DNA of 64,000 bases from Eukaryota sp. GEM-RC1. Its lineage: Eukaryota. The position numbers were made by a program, and so were the translations under genes. Location of the stretch: contig JAUFOQ010000017.1 of assembly GCA_040285855.1 (NCBI GenBank), positions 1 through 64,000 of the forward strand, written 5' to 3'. Shown in pieces: positions 60,115 to 64,000 of this stretch (its first letter is position 1; each line of letters starts with the position of its first letter). A model generated the notes under the pieces. That model worked only from the letters and a program-made list of their open reading frames with translations, had not been told where the DNA came from and ran no database searches.

Positions 60115-62069
60115 ATGAAACTTACCTTCACACTATTACTCCTACTCCTTGTTGTCGTCTTAGCCAAAAGGATGAGTCGCAGGTCGAATGGCCTGTGATT
60201 GGTATTGATCTTGGAACGACGTACTCCTGTGTCGCCGTGAAAACTAAGGCAGGATCGGTTGAAGTTATCGCCAATGATCTCGGTAACCGTATTACTCCCA
60301 CCTACGTTTCGTTCACCGACGACGAACGTCTTGTTGGTGAAGCAGCCAAGTACGCTGGAGCTGCCAACGCAGAACGTACCGTTTACGATATCAAACGTAT
60401 CATTGGAAGACGATTTGACGAACAAGTTGTTCAAGATGAAAAGAAACGTTTTCCCTTTGAAATCGTCAACAAGGATAACAGACCATACGTAGGCTTCGAG
60501 CTCGCTGGTGAAAAGAAAGCATACTCCCCTGAAGAAATCTCAGCCATGGTTTTGACCAAGATGAAGCAAACTGCTGAGGACTACCTCGGACAGCCTGTAA
60601 AGAACGCCGTCATTACTGTTCCCGCTTACTTCTCTGACTTCCAACGTCAAGCAACTAAAGATGCTGGAACCATCGCTGGACTCAATGTTGTTAGAATCAT
60701 CAATGAACCCACAGCAGCCTCCTTAGCCTATGGCGTTTCCTCAATCAATGATGACGAGGAACGATACGTTCTAGTCTTTGATCTTGGTGGTGGTACTTTT
60801 GATGTCTCACTGTTGTCAGTAGAAGCTGGTGTGTTTGAAGTTGTTGCAACTGCTGGAGATACTCATCTTGGAGGTGAGGATTTCGATAACAGAGTTGTTG
60901 ATTATCTACTAAAGGTCTTCCGTCGTCAACACAATGTTGATCCTTCAAAGTCCAAAAAGTCCATCCAAAAGCTTAGAAGAGCAGCTGAGAACGCAAAGAG
61001 AGCGTTGTCTTCTAAGATGAGTGAACGTATTGAGATTGATTCTCTATTTGAAGGAATTGACTTCTCTTATACTCTAACTAGAGCAAAGTTTGAGGAGTTA
61101 AACATGGATTTATTCAGAAAAACTTTAAAGCCAGTTGAACGTGTTTTGAAAGACGCTGGTGTTAGTAAAGCTGAAGTTCATGATATCGTGTTAGTTGGAG
61201 GTTCTACTAGAATTCCCAAGGTCAGAGCTCTGTTAAAAGACTTCTTCAATGGTCGTGAACCTTCCCAAGGAGTTAACCCTGATGAAGCTGTTGCCTATGG
61301 AGCCGCTGTACAAGGAGCTATCCTCTCAAAATCTGGATTTGATTCAGTTGTTCTTCTTGATGTTACCCCATTGACTCTTGGAATTGAGACTGTTGGTGGT
61401 GTAATGACTAAGTTGATCGCTAGAAATACCCCTATTCCTACCAGAAAATCTCAAACATTCTCGACTGCAGCTGACAATCAGCCATCAGTTTTGATTCAGG
61501 TTTTCGAAGGTGAACGTGCAATGACTAAAGATAATAATTTGCTAGGGTCATTTGAATTGACTGGAATTCCACCTAAACCTCGTGGTCAAGCCAAGATTAA
61601 TGTTGAATTTAATATCGATTCAAATGGTATTTTGCATGTCATCGCTGAAGATGAAGAATCCAAGAACAAGAATCAAATCACCATTGAAAATAGTAGTGGA
61701 AGGTTGACTCAAGAAGAAATTGACCGAATGGTTGAAGAGGAAAAACTATACGCTGATGAAGACAAGAAGATTAGAGAAACAGTTGAAGCAAGAAACGCCT
61801 TTGAAGGATATGTTTATTCAGTTAAGAACTCAATAGAAGAAGATGGTCAATACGCATCAATTCCTGATGCTGATAAGAAGAAAGTTAAGTCCATTGTTGA
61901 TGAAACTAATGATTGGTTGGACTCTCACCCTGCTGCTGCTTCAACTGCAGAAGATTTTGAAGAGAAGAAAGCTGAATTTGAAAAGGGAATATCGGAAGTG
62001 TTGCAAAAACACGCAGGATCAAGTGGAGCAGGAGCAACTGATGATTTTGACGATTATGAGGATTTGTAA
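60115..62069 (+). CDS. HSPA5: ER Hsp70 (BiP/GRP78)
   Basis: [36 protein letters not shown]; C-terminus YEDL. Signal peptide [17 protein letters not shown] from ATG 60115 needs a 1-nt repair at the A-run 60166-60169. Confidence 0.93.
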
Positions 62070-63559
62070 TTTTTATAAAGTTATTCCTTTCTACTATTTT
62101 TGTTTATGGTTTATGATGAGCTGGAATCACATAAACTAAATCGGTATGAGTCCCCACAAATACCTTTTGTGTAATGTCCTAATGTAAGATCATTACTGTA
62201 GCTAGATTTCACTTAGATCAATGAATGCATGGAACTGCATTTGTGGTGTCTGTATTTTGTACTGTTAGTTTTGCGTGTTGATGAAACACTTGAGCTCGAG
62301 TACCTAAAGCATAGTGTTGAAGTGTTGATTGTGTTTTGGTCAATATGTATGATCGCAATTACTCGTCGTAATTGGCTGTTGCGTTTGATAATTTGATTTA
62401 ATACTTCATTAATATTTAGATTCATGTTGTGTGGTAGTCTCAACACGTATACTTCTCTATTTATGTGCGACGACAGATCTAGATTAAATACTGAAATCAA
62501 ATTAGTATTACCCGAACAATATTTTAATATTCTTTCAACAACATTTGGTCTGAGATGTTCAAAGATTGATTACAAAGCAGCAACGACAAACAATATATTG
62601 TATTGTGTTGTGTTTTTGCAACAATTTATTTATTGATCGAGTCCACAATAAACAATATATTGTACAATAACACAATACAATATTCGTCATTTTGTGCAAC
62701 TATAACAAGAATAACATATCTGCCAACATCACTGTTCTTCACATTACAACCAAACCATTGGAAGATATGCCACTCCCAATTGTTCATTAAGATTCCTCTG
62801 ATGAACGAACACCTTGTATATATTACCCAAAATTCTGATGGTATGTCTTTTGAGCACCATTTAAAGGAAATTAACGGAGCTCAGACTCTTAGCAACCAGA
62901 CAGAACAAATGATCTATTATTCACACCCTCATTCAGTTAAGACATTGTCAACTTTTTCAGTAGAGCATCGAACACTCTCACTGATCGTCCGAATCAAATT
63001 TGATGTCGCAAACTCAATTTTTGCATTTACTACTACCAGAAATCAGCATACAGTGTCTTGTGTTAGGACTCGGGAAGCAGAAAGTGAAGTTGTACGTGTA
63101 GAAGCAATTACTGAGATTGATGATAGCTTTCAATAAAGCAGAAATATTGTATTGTTATTTATTGTAATCTCTCACAATATACCTACAATGCAATACAATA
63201 TTGGGATTATTACAGAAATACCAGTCAACGAAAATTCAGAATTACACTTATACCCTGGTTCATCAAAACTACCAGTGATGCTTATCAACGGGGAAGTGTA
63301 TCTTCATGTCTCTCCTACTTTGGATCGTGTGTGAATGACAATAAACATGATCTTCTATTACCTCTTTATCATGAATCCATTCAAACATAGCGCGATGTAA
63401 AAACTACTCACTCTGATACCACAGGGCTTCTGATCTGCTGTACAATGACAGGTTGCGCCTTTTCATTAAACAGCCATCGAAGACAAGACGATAATTGATA
63501 CATTTTTACACTAGTCAAACACTCTTGCTCTGCACTTCAGTCCTGCAGACAATGGAGGG

Positions 63560-63925
63560 AAAAATTGCCAAAGCTAGGATGATGACAGTTTATAACAATG
63601 GGAGATTTATTGAAGTAACCGATGAACCACAAAGGATCTACTAGTATATTGTCGATTTGGATCAACAACATTGTGACTGCGGAAGATGGCAAATAGAAGA
63701 CATTTCCTGTATTCATGAATGTATGGCTTTAATGTCAGTTAACTCAAAGCCCTTGGAGAAAGTAGAGCAAGAAACACTCAGAGTAAGATTTATGAGGATG
63801 GGGTAGTTCCTCCTCGAGATAAAAGGGTTTGGACAACCTATGCTACTCCTTTAAGTCCTCCGGATGTAAAACGTGAAGTCGAAGCCTCGAAGAAGAAAAT
63901 GCATCGTAGTGTGTATGACTTGTAG
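63560..63925 (+). mobile_element. Degenerate Mutator/MULE transposase C-terminal relic (SWIM zinc finger)
   Basis: From 63645 reads YIVDLDQQHCDCGRWQIEDISCIH, later PLSPPDVKR..KKK; frameshifts and stops around it. Confidence 0.65.
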
Positions 63926-64000
63926 TTTATTATCTAAGATATAGCAGCACAACTCATTAAAAAAGAAGCTTAGAAGGAAGGTTGATTCTTCACTGGTATA

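Noticed and set aside
62213..63334. Short ORFs downstream of BiP
   Set aside because: No recognisable motifs; possibly part of the degraded transposon.

Overview
Eukaryotic DNA from a compact-genome, probably flagellated protist (IFT80 present; 28-32 nt spliceosomal introns; standard code). Many single-base frameshifts in homopolymer runs suggest long-read assembly error. Bases 1-27.8 kb are the rearranged edge of an rDNA array on the minus strand (18S-5.8S-28S, with a 5S gene in the spacer on the same strand). Main finding: a site-specific non-LTR retrotransposon with CRE-like RT and a restriction-like endonuclease. It sits antisense in domain II of both visible 28S copies at the same 12-bp duplicated target (AGCCGCTTCGAT), which is not the R2 site. 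One 28S copy has a 540-bp truncated insertion. The other has a 7.4-kb head-to-tail stack of one near-full-length copy, truncated copies and 13-nt micro-insertions. One 5S gene is split by a 1031-bp non-autonomous hAT-like element. Bases 29.8-64 kb are gene-dense: MUS81-like, RING/HERC2-repeat protein, PFDN5, PFDN2, VPS28, DHX37, SEN2-like, NmrA-like, D-aminoacylase-like, TDP1, IFT80, BiP and a Mutator relic. The D-aminoacylase-like gene is interrupted by a very compact, recent Ty3/gypsy element with 93-bp LTRs, no UTRs and no canonical primer-binding site.
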